The translations under genes and the position numbers were made by a program. From NCBI GenBank assembly GCA_965198225.1, contig CBDAOY010000009.1, positions 64,001-128,000 on the forward strand: 64,000 bases of DNA. The letters are read 5' to 3'. This DNA is from Terriglobia bacterium (GTDB lineage Bacteria; Acidobacteriota; Terriglobia; 20CM-2-55-15). The notes below the pieces were generated by a model that saw nothing but the letters and a program-made list of their open reading frames with translations, had not been told where the DNA came from and did not search any database. Of the stretch, positions 26,133 to 35,790 are shown piece by piece; the stretch's first letter is position 1, and each line of letters starts with the position of its first letter.

Positions 26133-26420
26133 TCACACACCGGCGGCAACGATCAAGTTCGCTTTCGAAGCCTGCTGCCGAAGCTCTTTCGGACCCCGGT
26201 ATTCTTCCGACGACCACCACTCTTTGGCACGCTCGACACTGTCGAATTCGAGGATCACGAACCGTCCCGGGTTCCAGTCGCCTTCCAGAACTTCCGTCTC
26301 GCCTCCCCGTACGAGGAATCGGCCGCCGTATGCTTCGATCGTAGCCGGCACATGCTTCTTGTACTCTTCGTACTTAGCGGCGTCTTCGACATTCACTTGG
26401 ACGACGATGTAGGCGGACAT
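26133..26420 (-). CDS. DUF1330 family protein
   Basis: YGGRFLVRGG, LEG, ILEFDS, WWSSEEY. Confidence 0.9.
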   Translation of the reverse strand: MSAYIVVQVNVEDAAKYEEYKKHVPATIEAYGGRFLVRGGETEVLEGDWNPGRFVILEFDSVERAKEWWSSEEYRGPKELRQQASKANLIVAAGV

Positions 26421-26430
26421 AGCAATCTCC

Positions 26431-26910
26431 TTAATCGATCAGCACCTCGGCTTCGATCTCGACCGGGATATCGAAGGGCAGTTCCGCGACTCCGATCGCA
26501 GATCGAGCATGGCTTCCGCGCTCGCGGCCGTATAACTCGATGACGAGATCCGAAAAACCGTTGATCACTGACGGTGTGTTGTTGAACCCGGGCGCAGCAT
26601 TCACCATACCGAAAACTCGGACCCAGGCCCGGACACGGTCCAGTTCCCCCAGCTCTCGTTTGAGGCTCGCGAGCATCGCGAGAGCCGTGACGCGGGCTGC
26701 GTCGTAGGCCTCTTCGGGTGTCAGATCTCGACCGACCTTGCCCCGCTTCTGGGTAAGGCTCCCGTCGGGATTCATCGGTCCGTGGCCGGACACGAGAGCC
26801 CGTTCTCCAACGGTCCGAACCCAGGGGAACGGTAATGTCGCACCGCCCGGCACCGCCATCTCCGCCGGCAGAACGAGTCCCAGTTCTTCCAGTTTTTCCT
26901 CGATAGTCAT
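26431..26910 (-). CDS. RidA/YjgF/YER057c family protein
   Basis: VSGHGP, INGFSDL, HARSAIGVAELP, VEIEA. Confidence 0.9.
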   Translation of the reverse strand: MTIEEKLEELGLVLPAEMAVPGGATLPFPWVRTVGERALVSGHGPMNPDGSLTQKRGKVGRDLTPEEAYDAARVTALAMLASLKRELGELDRVRAWVRVFGMVNAAPGFNNTPSVINGFSDLVIELYGRERGSHARSAIGVAELPFDIPVEIEAEVLID

Positions 26911-26934
26911 AGTCTCGACGGCGACGAACTTTCC

Positions 26935-27549
26935 CTAGGGCGGTCGGATTCCAAACTGGAGCGCGCGTTCGTCTCTGTGGGGAACAAAAGGCCCGTTTTC
27001 GAGCTTGAATCGGATGGAGTAGTTGTTGGGCTTCTCCCGCAGGGTCACGGTCATCGAAAACATACCGGTGCCATCCGGAGGGATCAGACCGGGATCGACA
27101 GGGATTTCCAGTGTAGCGGGAAACCGGCCCGTGGTCTCGCGGGCCGTAATCACGGCGATGACATTCTCGACTTCGACCTCGCTGCGGTTGGTCATCCAGC
27201 CAGCCACGGACAGGGTCTTCTCCTCGAGCTCATGGTTGAGCTCGTTCAGGGTGAACGGCTCTGATCCATCGGCGGTCGCCGGTATCAGGACGTCCAGGTA
27301 GCGATCATCCATCGGAAGAACGACCGACGAGAGATCGGTAAGGGAAAAGAGGACGATGCCGACGATCACCAGTCCGGACATTATGCCGGCTCCCATCCGC
27401 AGGTAGTCGAACTTGGGCTTCGACCCGGGAACGTCCAGCAGAAACGCAGTACTCTCGTCCTCCCCGGCCCCCGCCGATTCTTCGGCAGCCTCGGCTTCAG
27501 GCGCCTTATCCTCAGGAGGCTCGATCTCTTCTGGAGGTTGGGGATCCAT
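26935..27549 (-). CDS. Hypothetical single-pass membrane protein with an Ig-like C-terminal domain
   Basis: Acidic disordered N-terminus, one TM helix, beta-rich C-terminus. Confidence 0.7.
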   Translation of the reverse strand: MDPQPPEEIEPPEDKAPEAEAAEESAGAGEDESTAFLLDVPGSKPKFDYLRMGAGIMSGLVIVGIVLFSLTDLSSVVLPMDDRYLDVLIPATADGSEPFTLNELNHELEEKTLSVAGWMTNRSEVEVENVIAVITARETTGRFPATLEIPVDPGLIPPDGTGMFSMTVTLREKPNNYSIRFKLENGPFVPHRDERALQFGIRPP

Positions 27550-27572
27550 CTACCTAATGATAACCCCTAGCT

Positions 27573-27620
27573 AGTGGTCAGTGGTTGTCAGTTGCCAGTA
27601 GTCAGTAGTCAGTTGTTTTC
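27573..27620. repeat. Heptamer tandem array (GTCAGTN)n, left arm of a cassette interrupted by IS256; right arm at 29110-29141
   Basis: AGTGGTCAGTGGTTGTCAGTTGCCAGTAGTCAGTAGTCAGTTG. Confidence 0.75.
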
Positions 27621-28999
27621 GAGCTACCCTCAAAAGGTGTGTAAATAGCATAGGCGGTGATTATCCTTCCGGGTGAAATAAAAACCCGGGCGGAAGAGCC
27701 CGAAAGGAAGGAGTCACACCGCCATGAGCAAGAAGAACATTGATCGAAGTGTGGAGTCAAGAGTCTGCTTTGAACAGCTGGAAGAGTGGGTGCGAGAGCA
27801 GATCCAGTTTTACGTACAGGAACTGTTGGAGGATGAAGTGACACAGCTGCTGGGACGAAGAAAGAATGAGCGTCGCCGAGAAGTGGACGCGCCCGGTGGC
27901 TATCGCAACGGCTACGGTAAGGAGCGGCGACTGACGCTGAGTTGCGGAACGATCAAGCTGCGGCGTCCCCGAGTGCGGGATCTGGAAGAGCGTTTTGAGA
28001 GCCGGGTCTTGCCGCTGTTTGCCAAGCGGACGCAAGAGGTACGAGACTTGATTCCAGAACTCTATTTGCATGGTCTGGCCGAGGGGGATTTCGATCTGGC
28101 CTTAAGAGGGCTTTTAGGGGAAGAAGCGCCGCTGTCCCCCAGCACCGTAGCCCGGTTGAAGGAGAAGTGGCAGGGAGAAATGGAGGCCTGGCAAAGCCGT
28201 CGGCTGGACGATCTGGAAGTGGTGTATCTGTGGGCAGACGGTGTGTACATCAAAGCAGGGCTGGAGAAGGAAAAGGCCGTGATCCTGGTAGTGATCGCCG
28301 CTTTAAGTGATGGCACTAAAGTGGTGGTGTCGGTCAGTAGTGGTTATCGAGAATCGACCCAGAGCTGGTCCGAAGTGCTGAGGGATCTCAAAGAGCGGGG
28401 GATGAACCCACCGAGACTGGTGATGGCTGACGGGCATCTGGGGATCTGGGGAGCGTTGCGCAACGTTTTCCCAGAAGCCGACGAGCAGAGATGCTGGAAT
28501 CATCGCATCGTCAACTTGCTGGCTAAGATCCCCAAGGGTCGGCACAAAGCGGCGTTGTTGATGTTGCGGCAGATCCCTTATGCAGAAACACGGCAGGAAG
28601 CCGAGCAAGTCAAAGGACGATTCCAACATTGGTGTGGCAAGAGAGGACTGGAGGCTGCGGCTGATCTGATCGACCAGGACTGGGATCGGATGGTGACGTT
28701 TTACAACTATCCCAAACAGCAGTGGCAACATCTGCGGACTACCAATCCAGTGGAGTCTCCCTTCTCTGCTCTGCGACTGCGAACCGATGCCTCTCGAAGG
28801 TTCAAGAAAGTGGCCAACGCACGGGCTGTCATCTGGAAGATGCTGCTGGTCGCTGAGAAAAGATTTCGCCGTTTGAAGGCTCCGCACTTGATGAAGGATG
28901 TCTACCAAGGCGCCCAATATGTCAATGGAGTTCCAGTCAACCAAGTCACCGAGGAGAAAGCCGCCTGATGTCTATTTACACACTTATTGACGGAACCTC
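27621..28999 (+). mobile_element. Intact IS256-family insertion sequence, 1379 bp
   Basis: 28-bp terminal inverted repeats (23/28 match) and a 9-bp target duplication GTTGTTTTC at 27612-27620 and 29000-29008. Confidence 0.95.
27724..28968 (+). CDS. IS256-family DDE transposase
   Basis: YRNGY, RPRVR, YLWADG, ADGHLG, QRCWNH, RTTNPVES. Confidence 0.95.
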   Translation: MSKKNIDRSVESRVCFEQLEEWVREQIQFYVQELLEDEVTQLLGRRKNERRREVDAPGGYRNGYGKERRLTLSCGTIKLRRPRVRDLEERFESRVLPLFAKRTQEVRDLIPELYLHGLAEGDFDLALRGLLGEEAPLSPSTVARLKEKWQGEMEAWQSRRLDDLEVVYLWADGVYIKAGLEKEKAVILVVIAALSDGTKVVVSVSSGYRESTQSWSEVLRDLKERGMNPPRLVMADGHLGIWGALRNVFPEADEQRCWNHRIVNLLAKIPKGRHKAALLMLRQIPYAETRQEAEQVKGRFQHWCGKRGLEAAADLIDQDWDRMVTFYNYPKQQWQHLRTTNPVESPFSALRLRTDASRRFKKVANARAVIWKMLLVAEKRFRRLKAPHLMKDVYQGAQYVNGVPVNQVTEEKAA

Positions 29000-29138
29000 G
29001 TTGTTTTCGGCGATACGCCGAACCGGAGCGTGAGAGAGCCACTGTGAGGGGGATAGGGGTATAGCCCTGTCCCCGGGTCTTCACTGTGCAAAAAAGTCGG
29101 GGAACCCTTCAACTGACCACTGACGAACTTGTCACTGA

Positions 29139-31103
29139 CTACCCCGCCAACAACGGTGCCACCAACACCAGCGAAACGATCGACATCAGTTTGATCAGGA
29201 TATTCATCGACGGACCGGATGTGTCCTTGAACGGGTCGCCCACAGTGTCACCAACGACGGCGGCCTTATGTGCGTCCGATCCTTTGCCGCCCAGATTCCC
29301 GGCCTCGATGTATTTCTTGGCGTTGTCCCATGCCCCACCCCCGTTGGACATCATGATCGCCAGCAGAACCCCGGTGAGCGTCGCTCCACCCAGGAATCCG
29401 CCAAGGGTCTCCGCACCGAAGGCAAACCCGATGACGACCGGCATCGCCACAGCGAGCAGTCCAGGAAGCAGCATCTCATGGAGGGCGCCATCCGTCGCGA
29501 TGGAAACGCAGTTGGCATAATCGGCTTTCGCTTCGCCGGCCATCAGACCGGGAATCTCCCGAAACTGACGCCGAACTTCATTCACCATCTTGAACGCCGC
29601 GCGACCGACGGCCTTCATCGTCATCGCTGCCAGCATGAACGGCATCACCCCACCCAGGAAAAGACCTATCACCACGTTTGCCTGTATCAGGTTGATCGAA
29701 TCCAATCCGACGGTCGTCGTGTAGGCCGAAAAGAGGGCCAGCGCTGTGAGCGCGGCGGACCCGATGGCGAATCCCTTGCCGATTGCCGCGGTCGTGTTAC
29801 CCAGTGCGTCCAGGCGATCGGTGATGCTCCTGATCTCCGGCCCGGCCCCGGACATTTCGGAGATACCGCCCGCGTTGTCTGCGATGGGGCCGTAGGCATC
29901 CACGGCCATCGTCACGCCGATGGTCGACAGCATTCCCACGGCAGCGACGGCAATGCCGTACAACCCGTTGAGCGTGTAGGACACATAGATTGCCGCGCTG
30001 ATCGTGAGAACCGGCAGTATCGTACTCTCGAATCCGACCGACAGACCGCTGATGATCGTCGTCGCTGGACCCGTCTGGCTGGCTTCGGCGATGTCGCGAA
30101 CGGGTTTGGCCGACGTGTAGTACTCGGACTCGAAGCCGATCGCCACGCCCGCGAGGAGACCTGCCACGACCGCCCAGAAAGCGGAAAGATCGGGCATGGT
30201 CGTACGAACAATCCAGAAAGCTGCGATCAGGAAGAGGGCGCCCGCTACGTAGGTCGGCATGTGAAGCGCCCGTTCAGGACTCATGCCCTTGAACACCCGC
30301 ATCGAGAACACGCCCAGCAACGAACACACCAGACCCGCCATCACCAGCAACAGCGGAAGCGACATGAACGCCAGCGGGTTCGCAACCGTTGCGCCTATCG
30401 CCATCGTCGCGATCACGGACCCCACGTAGGATTCGAACAGGTCCGCACCCATCCCTGCCGTATCTCCCACGCAGTCGCCGACGTTGTCGGCGATCACGGC
30501 GGGGTTCCTTGGATCGTCTTCGGGTATACCTGCCTCGACCTTCCCAACGAGATCCGCGCCTACATCAGCGCTTTTCGTAAAGATACCTCCACCGACACGG
30601 GCAAACAACGCGATCGAACTCGCACCCATCGCAAACCCGCTGATGATCTCCGTATCCTTCGTGAAGTAGTAGTAAATACCGATTCCGAGCAGGCCGAGCG
30701 AAGCGACGGAAATACCCATCACGGCGCCGCCGTTGAAAGCGACCATCAAGGCCGGACCCGTCCCGCCGTCCTTGGCGGCCTGGGTCGTTCGGACGTTGGC
30801 TCGGGTGGCGGCCTTCATGCCGAAGAACCCCGCGCCCATCGAAAACCCCGCGCCGGTCAGGAAGGCGACCCCGGTCCAGGGACTCAGCGCCACGCTCAGG
30901 ACGATGAATACGACGGCAACAAAGATGGACACAATCGTGTACTCGCGTTTGAGGAACACCATTGCTCCAAGATGAATGCTGTCGGCGATCTCCTTCATTC
31001 GGTCGCTGCCGGGCGACATGCGCGCGATGCCGAGGTAAATGAAGCCGGCGAAGACGAGGCCGACAATTCCAACTATTGGAGCCAAGGGGGTCAAATCCTG
31101 CAT
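29139..31103 (-). CDS. hppA: Membrane-bound pyrophosphatase, K+-dependent, probably Na+-translocating
   Basis: [55 protein letters not shown]. Confidence 0.95.
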   Translation of the reverse strand: MQDLTPLAPIVGIVGLVFAGFIYLGIARMSPGSDRMKEIADSIHLGAMVFLKREYTIVSIFVAVVFIVLSVALSPWTGVAFLTGAGFSMGAGFFGMKAATRANVRTTQAAKDGGTGPALMVAFNGGAVMGISVASLGLLGIGIYYYFTKDTEIISGFAMGASSIALFARVGGGIFTKSADVGADLVGKVEAGIPEDDPRNPAVIADNVGDCVGDTAGMGADLFESYVGSVIATMAIGATVANPLAFMSLPLLLVMAGLVCSLLGVFSMRVFKGMSPERALHMPTYVAGALFLIAAFWIVRTTMPDLSAFWAVVAGLLAGVAIGFESEYYTSAKPVRDIAEASQTGPATTIISGLSVGFESTILPVLTISAAIYVSYTLNGLYGIAVAAVGMLSTIGVTMAVDAYGPIADNAGGISEMSGAGPEIRSITDRLDALGNTTAAIGKGFAIGSAALTALALFSAYTTTVGLDSINLIQANVVIGLFLGGVMPFMLAAMTMKAVGRAAFKMVNEVRRQFREIPGLMAGEAKADYANCVSIATDGALHEMLLPGLLAVAMPVVIGFAFGAETLGGFLGGATLTGVLLAIMMSNGGGAWDNAKKYIEAGNLGGKGSDAHKAAVVGDTVGDPFKDTSGPSMNILIKLMSIVSLVLVAPLLAG

Positions 31104-31261
31104 CGAGTTCCTCCGAAACAGATCTACGTATCAGTACCAACCCGCATTCCCACCAGTGGTCTACCGCAGCGCGACGACGACCAACGAGCAAGGCGGGCTA
31201 ATTGAGGTCGGGGGAAGCATCGGGCAATCGATCACCTCCGCCCTAGAGAAAGCATATTCTA

Positions 31262-31295
31262 CAAAACAAGCCCCATTTCCGGTGGAAATGGGGCT
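31262..31295 (-). terminator. Intrinsic terminator of the ribosomal protein supercluster
   Basis: AGCCCCATTTCC-ACC-GGAAATGGGGCT-TGTTTTG on the minus strand. Confidence 0.75.
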
Positions 31296-31331
31296 CGCTA
31301 CCGATTGGAACAGGTCACGGCTAAGCACAAG

Positions 31332-31602
31332 CAGCCCGTGTCGGAAAACCTGATGGCTCGCGTTACGGCGGCGTTGCGCCAGATGCTAGGCGCCGCGCCG
31401 ACCGGCCTGCGGGTCCGGAGAAATGTCGCGCGGCAACAGCGCCCGCGTGTGACGCCGCCGTAACCCTCCGGGCGCACGGGGGTTGCGGTCGGATACTTTG
31501 TTGCTCGTCGTCATGATGAAACAGCATCAATTCCTCCTCGCGCCTCGTCTCCGCCTCGCAAGACCCGTGCACGCGAACCATCAGGTTTTCCGACACGGGC
31601 TG
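31332..31602. mobile_element. Putative MITE with ~32-bp terminal inverted repeats
   Basis: CAGCCCGTGTCGGAAAACCTGATGGCTCGCGT / ACGCGAACCATCAGGTTTTCCGACACGGGCTG (1 mismatch); flanks CAAG and CTAG; no transposase inside. Confidence 0.75.
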
Positions 31603-32049
31603 CTAGTCTTCCGCCGCCTCTGCCCCTTCCTCACTTTCTTTCTCTTTCTCGTCCTTTTCGGTCTCTGCCCGAGCAGCCTTCTTCACTTCCAGCTCGCTGC
31701 CGAGCAACTCGATGACCGCCATGTCGGCTCCATCTCCGACACGGGGTCCGAGGCGGACGATCCGACTGTAGCCACCCGGACGGTCGCTGAATCGAGGAGC
31801 GATGGTGTCGAAGACCTTCTTGGTAGCAACGTCACTCAAGAGATAGGACTGGACCTGCCTTCTTGCATGCAACGTGTCGCGCTTGCCCAGCGTGATCATT
31901 TTTTCGGCCAGCGGCCGCAGTTCCTTCGCCTTCGGAACAGTCGTCACCAACCGCTCGTGTTCGAGAAACGACGTCACGAGATTACGAAGAAGTGAACGCC
32001 GATGCGCAGGGTTCCGCCCCAGCTTTCGTCCTGCTATCTTGTGTCGCAT
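31603..32049 (-). CDS. rplQ: 50S ribosomal protein L17
   Basis: MRH...KLGRNPAHR, RPGGYSRI. Confidence 0.98.
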   Translation of the reverse strand: MRHKIAGRKLGRNPAHRRSLLRNLVTSFLEHERLVTTVPKAKELRPLAEKMITLGKRDTLHARRQVQSYLLSDVATKKVFDTIAPRFSDRPGGYSRIVRLGPRVGDGADMAVIELLGSELEVKKAARAETEKDEKEKESEEGAEAAED

Positions 32050-32059
32050 GTCCGTTTGC

Positions 32060-33070
32060 CTACGGTTCGATCGTCTGCTCTATCGCCGCGACGGGAGCTG
32101 ACGGCAGGCCCTGCTCGTCCAGCTTCATTCCGAGACCCAGGTTCATCGAGTTCAGGATTTCTTTGATCTCGTTCAGCGATTTTCTGCCGAAGTTCTTCGT
32201 TTTCAACATCTCGGCTTCGGTCTTCTGCACAAGCTCGGAGATCGTCCGGATGCTGGCGTTCTTCAGACAGTTGTAGGAACGCACCGAGAGCTCCAACTCC
32301 TCGACGGACTTGTTGAGGTGCTCCATCACGGCGTCGTGATGAACCTCGCCCGCCTCCTCTTCCGGCTCTGGTTTCTCCTCGAACTGTATGAAAATCTGCA
32401 TGTGATCCTTCACCAGTTTCGCCGCCAGACCCAGGGCGTCCTGAGGCGTGATCGACGCATTCGTCCACAACTCGACTGTCAACTTGTCGTAGTCGGTCAC
32501 TTGACCCAGTCGCGCGGCCTCGACGAAGTGATTCACCTTTTTCACTGGAGAATGGACCGAATCGACCGGGATGAAGCCGATGCCGAGATCGTCATCAAAG
32601 TTCCGGTCTGCCGACACGTAACCCCGTCCGTTCTTGACTCGCATCTCGATGCTGATTGAGCCCCCACCGCTGACAGTCGCGATGTAGACGCTCTTGTCGA
32701 GGATCTCGATCCCGGAGGCGTGCTCGATACTCTCCGATGTAAGGACTCCAGCGCTGGTCGCGTTCAGGTAGATCGTGGCCGGTTCGTCGCTGTGGAGTTT
32801 GATCGGAACCTGCTTCAGGTTGAGGATGATGTCGGTTGCATCTTCGACGACACCGGGGATCGAGGAAAACTCATGGAGTACTCCCCCCATCTTGACAGCC
32901 GTGATTGCTGCCCCCTCGATCGAGGAGAGCAGCACCCGCCTCAACGCGTTTCCGATCGTCGTGCCGAAACCTCTTTCAAACGGCTGCGCAGCGAACTGCG
33001 CGTAATTCTCGGTTGCCGTCGCGGCATCCATCACGAGCCTCTTAGGCTTCTGAAAACCCTTCCAAAGCAT
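32060..33070 (-). CDS. rpoA: RNA polymerase alpha subunit
   Basis: [39 protein letters not shown]. Confidence 0.99.
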   Translation of the reverse strand: MLWKGFQKPKRLVMDAATATENYAQFAAQPFERGFGTTIGNALRRVLLSSIEGAAITAVKMGGVLHEFSSIPGVVEDATDIILNLKQVPIKLHSDEPATIYLNATSAGVLTSESIEHASGIEILDKSVYIATVSGGGSISIEMRVKNGRGYVSADRNFDDDLGIGFIPVDSVHSPVKKVNHFVEAARLGQVTDYDKLTVELWTNASITPQDALGLAAKLVKDHMQIFIQFEEKPEPEEEAGEVHHDAVMEHLNKSVEELELSVRSYNCLKNASIRTISELVQKTEAEMLKTKNFGRKSLNEIKEILNSMNLGLGMKLDEQGLPSAPVAAIEQTIEP

Positions 33071-33099
33071 TTATATTTGACCTCGCATTGACTCTGACT

Positions 33100-33129
33100 G
33101 GGATGCGGTCGCCGACGCGACCGCATCCC
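33100..33129. repeat. Perfect 13-bp-stem hairpin between rpsD and rpoA
   Basis: GGGATGCGGTCGC-CGAC-GCGACCGCATCCC. Confidence 0.7.
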
Positions 33130-33144
33130 CGCTGCCGTCGGTTT

Positions 33145-33768
33145 TTACTTCGAATACAACTCCACAATCATATGTTCTTCGATGGGCATCGTGATGTCTT
33201 CGCGCTTCGGCAGCGCGACCACTCTGCCGTTCAGCCCCTCGCGGTCGAGCTCGAGCCAGGGTGGCACTCCACGACTGAGCTCAACGGCATTGAGGACCTG
33301 AACGTTCTTCTTCGATTTCTCTTTGAGAGTGATGTGATCGCCGACCCGGACGAGGAAGGAGGGGATGTTGACCTTCCGGTCGTTAACCCTGATATGGCCA
33401 TGTCGCACGAACTGTCTCGCCTGGGCGTGGGAACCCGCCAGGCCCAGCCTGAGAACAACATTGTCCAACCGTCGTTCCAGCTGGGAGAGCAGATTGTCAC
33501 CCGTGACGCCCTTCTGACGTACAGCCCGCTCGAAGTACAGATGGAACTGTCGCTCCAGGATCCCGTACATTCTCTTGACCTTCTGCTTCTCGCGGAGCTG
33601 TAAGCCGTACCCGACGATCTTCGCCCGACGATCCCGTCCGTGCTCGCCCGGGATGTAGTTGCGCTTCTCGATCGCGCAAGACGGCTTGAAGCATCGTTCC
33701 CCCTTGAGGAACAGCTTCAAACCCTCCCGACGGCATAGACGGCAAACAGGACCTGCGTATCTAGCCAA
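33145..33768 (-). CDS. rpsD: 30S ribosomal protein S4 (Zn-binding type)
   Basis: [30 protein letters not shown]. Confidence 0.99.
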   Translation of the reverse strand: MARYAGPVCRLCRREGLKLFLKGERCFKPSCAIEKRNYIPGEHGRDRRAKIVGYGLQLREKQKVKRMYGILERQFHLYFERAVRQKGVTGDNLLSQLERRLDNVVLRLGLAGSHAQARQFVRHGHIRVNDRKVNIPSFLVRVGDHITLKEKSKKNVQVLNAVELSRGVPPWLELDREGLNGRVVALPKREDITMPIEEHMIVELYSK

Positions 33769-33783
33769 TGAACTTTCCTCCCA

Positions 33784-34176
33784 TCAAACTCGCCGTTTCT
33801 TCGGCGGACGACACCCGTTGTGGGGAATCGGAGTCACATCCCGGATGGCACGAATCTCCAGACCGGCGTTCTGCAGACCCCGGATCGCGGAGTCACGCCC
33901 GGAACCTGGCCCTTTCACACTGACTTCAATGGTCCGCATCCCCATGTCACGCGCCTTGTTGGCGGCGGTGACCGACGCCTGCTGGGCGGCGAACGGAGTT
34001 CCCTTTCGGGAGCCTCGAAAACCGAGCGAGCCGGCACTGGACCAACACACGACGTTGCCTTCGGTGTCGGAAATCGTCACGATAGTATTGTTGAAGGTGG
34101 CCTGGATGTAGGCACGCCCGGTGGGCACCATCTTCTTCTCTCGTCTCTTCGACGCTTTCTTCTTCGGCTTTGCCAT
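33784..34176 (-). CDS. rpsK: 30S ribosomal protein S11
   Basis: [24 protein letters not shown]. Confidence 0.99.
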   Translation of the reverse strand: MAKPKKKASKRREKKMVPTGRAYIQATFNNTIVTISDTEGNVVCWSSAGSLGFRGSRKGTPFAAQQASVTAANKARDMGMRTIEVSVKGPGSGRDSAIRGLQNAGLEIRAIRDVTPIPHNGCRPPKKRRV

Positions 34177-34234
34177 CAGGAACTCCGGGTGACGAATACC
34201 ACAGACTTGTCACTCGTCACGTGTTACTCATTGC

Positions 34235-34621
34235 TTAGGTTTTGGATGTCGCCTTCTTGCGAACCGCAACGGCGCCTTTTCGCGGCCCCTTGCGCGTTCT
34301 CGCGTTCGTGTGCGTCCTCTGACCCCTCACGGGCAGACTGCGCCTGTGCCGGAATCCACGGTAGGACCCGATCTCCATCAAACGTTTGATGTTGACAGAC
34401 ACCGCCTGTCGAAGATCGCCTTCAACCTCATAGTCTTCCTCGATCAGCTTTCGAATCTTCGTGGTTTCTTCGTCGTTCAGGTCGCGTACTATTCGATCCT
34501 TGTCGACGCCCGCGTCCTCGAGGATCTTGCTCGCCAGCGAACGCCCGATGCCAAATATGTACGTGAGGCCGATCTCCGCCCTCTTGTTCGGAGGAAGGTC
34601 TACGCCTGCAATCCGTGCCAT
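34235..34621 (-). CDS. rpsM: 30S ribosomal protein S13
   Basis: [27 protein letters not shown]. Confidence 0.99.
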   Translation of the reverse strand: MARIAGVDLPPNKRAEIGLTYIFGIGRSLASKILEDAGVDKDRIVRDLNDEETTKIRKLIEEDYEVEGDLRQAVSVNIKRLMEIGSYRGFRHRRSLPVRGQRTHTNARTRKGPRKGAVAVRKKATSKT

Positions 34622-34630
34622 GAATACCTC

Positions 34631-34725
34631 TCAGTAGTCAGTAGTCAGTAGTCAGTTAGCGGTCGCCTTGCGCCCGCTCAAGAACCGTAAGAATCTCCAT
34701 CTGGCAACTGACAACTGGCAACTGA
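34631..34725. repeat. Inverted pair of heptamer arrays flanking a ~41-bp core
   Basis: (TCAGTAG)3-TCAGTTAG ... CTGGCAACTGACAACTGGCAACTGA. Confidence 0.8.
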
Positions 34726-34729
34726 ACGT

Positions 34730-34843
34730 TCACCCCTGTCGCTGCTTATGTTTAGGGTTCGAACAGATCACCCGCACCACTCTCTTGCGGTGCACAATCT
34801 TGCACTTGTCACAGATCTTTTTTACCGATGCTCGTACCTTCAT
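34730..34843 (-). CDS. rpmJ: 50S ribosomal protein L36 (missing from the ORF track)
   Basis: Manual translation [37 protein letters not shown]. Confidence 0.98.
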   Translation of the reverse strand: MKVRASVKKICDKCKIVHRKRVVRVICSNPKHKQRQG

Positions 34844-34894
34844 AATCCCGTTCCGTCGCCAACTGACTACCGACGACTACTGGCGACTGACTAC

Positions 34895-35113
34895 TTACTT
34901 ATACCGATACACAATCCGCCCACGCGTCAGATCGTAGGGCGACAACTCGACCGCGACGCGGTCTCCGGGAAGGATACGGATGAAGTTCTTGCGCATCTTG
35001 CCCGAAATGTGGGCCAGGACCTGGTGCTTGTTCTCGAGCTCAACCCGGAACATGGCGTTGGGAAGGTGCTCGATGACCGTCGCCATCACTTCGATCGCGT
35101 CTTCTTTCGGCAA
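34895..35113 (-). CDS. infA: Translation initiation factor IF-1
   Basis: [30 protein letters not shown]. Confidence 0.99.
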   Translation of the reverse strand: MPKEDAIEVMATVIEHLPNAMFRVELENKHQVLAHISGKMRKNFIRILPGDRVAVELSPYDLTRGRIVYRYK

Positions 35114-35119
35114 ACCCCG

Positions 35120-35788
35120 TTATTCCTCCCGGCCCACGGCGACGCCCCTGATGATCGAAACGAGGTCGTTCGTAACCTGGTCGATCGGGTTCATGCCATT
35201 GACCTGATGGTAAACATCGAGACTCTTGTAAAAATCCACAAGCGGTTCGGTCTGTGCCCGGTAGTTGTTCAGCCGCTCACGCACGACTTCCTCCCGGTCG
35301 TCAGACCGGTGGACCAATTCTCCGCCGCACGTGTCGCAGACACCCTCGACGATCGATGCCTTGGTCCCGGCGTTGTAGATCGCGCCGCATCCGCTGCACG
35401 TGAGCCGGGAGGTGATACGGCTGGCCAGAAACTCGGAATCCACCGCCAGCTCAATGACCGACAGACTGTCACTCTGAGCCAGCTCCGCCTGGAACATCTC
35501 GGCCTGCTTGACCGTTCGTGGGTATCCATCCAGGATGAATCCCTCCATGCAGTCCGGAGCCATGATCCGCTCGGCTACGATGCCATTGACGATATCGTCG
35601 CTGACCAGGTCGCCTGCATCCATGATCTTCTTCGCCGCCAGACCCAGCGGCGTCTCCCGTGAAACAGCGTCTCGCAACATGTCTCCGGTCGCGACCTGCG
35701 GCATCTCCAGCTGGTCCATCACCGCCCGTGCCTGGGTTCCTTTGCCGGCACCCGGCGGACCCAGCAGGATGACAACGCTCCGAGTCAT
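35120..35788 (-). CDS. adk: Adenylate kinase (Zn-LID type)
   Basis: GPPGAGKGTQA, GFILDGYPRT, CxxC...CxxC LID. Confidence 0.97.
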   Translation of the reverse strand: MTRSVVILLGPPGAGKGTQARAVMDQLEMPQVATGDMLRDAVSRETPLGLAAKKIMDAGDLVSDDIVNGIVAERIMAPDCMEGFILDGYPRTVKQAEMFQAELAQSDSLSVIELAVDSEFLASRITSRLTCSGCGAIYNAGTKASIVEGVCDTCGGELVHRSDDREEVVRERLNNYRAQTEPLVDFYKSLDVYHQVNGMNPIDQVTNDLVSIIRGVAVGREE

Positions 35789-35790
35789 CG

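Noticed and set aside
31363-31596. 77-aa ORF downstream of rplQ
   Set aside because: Lies entirely inside the putative MITE and has no protein-like features
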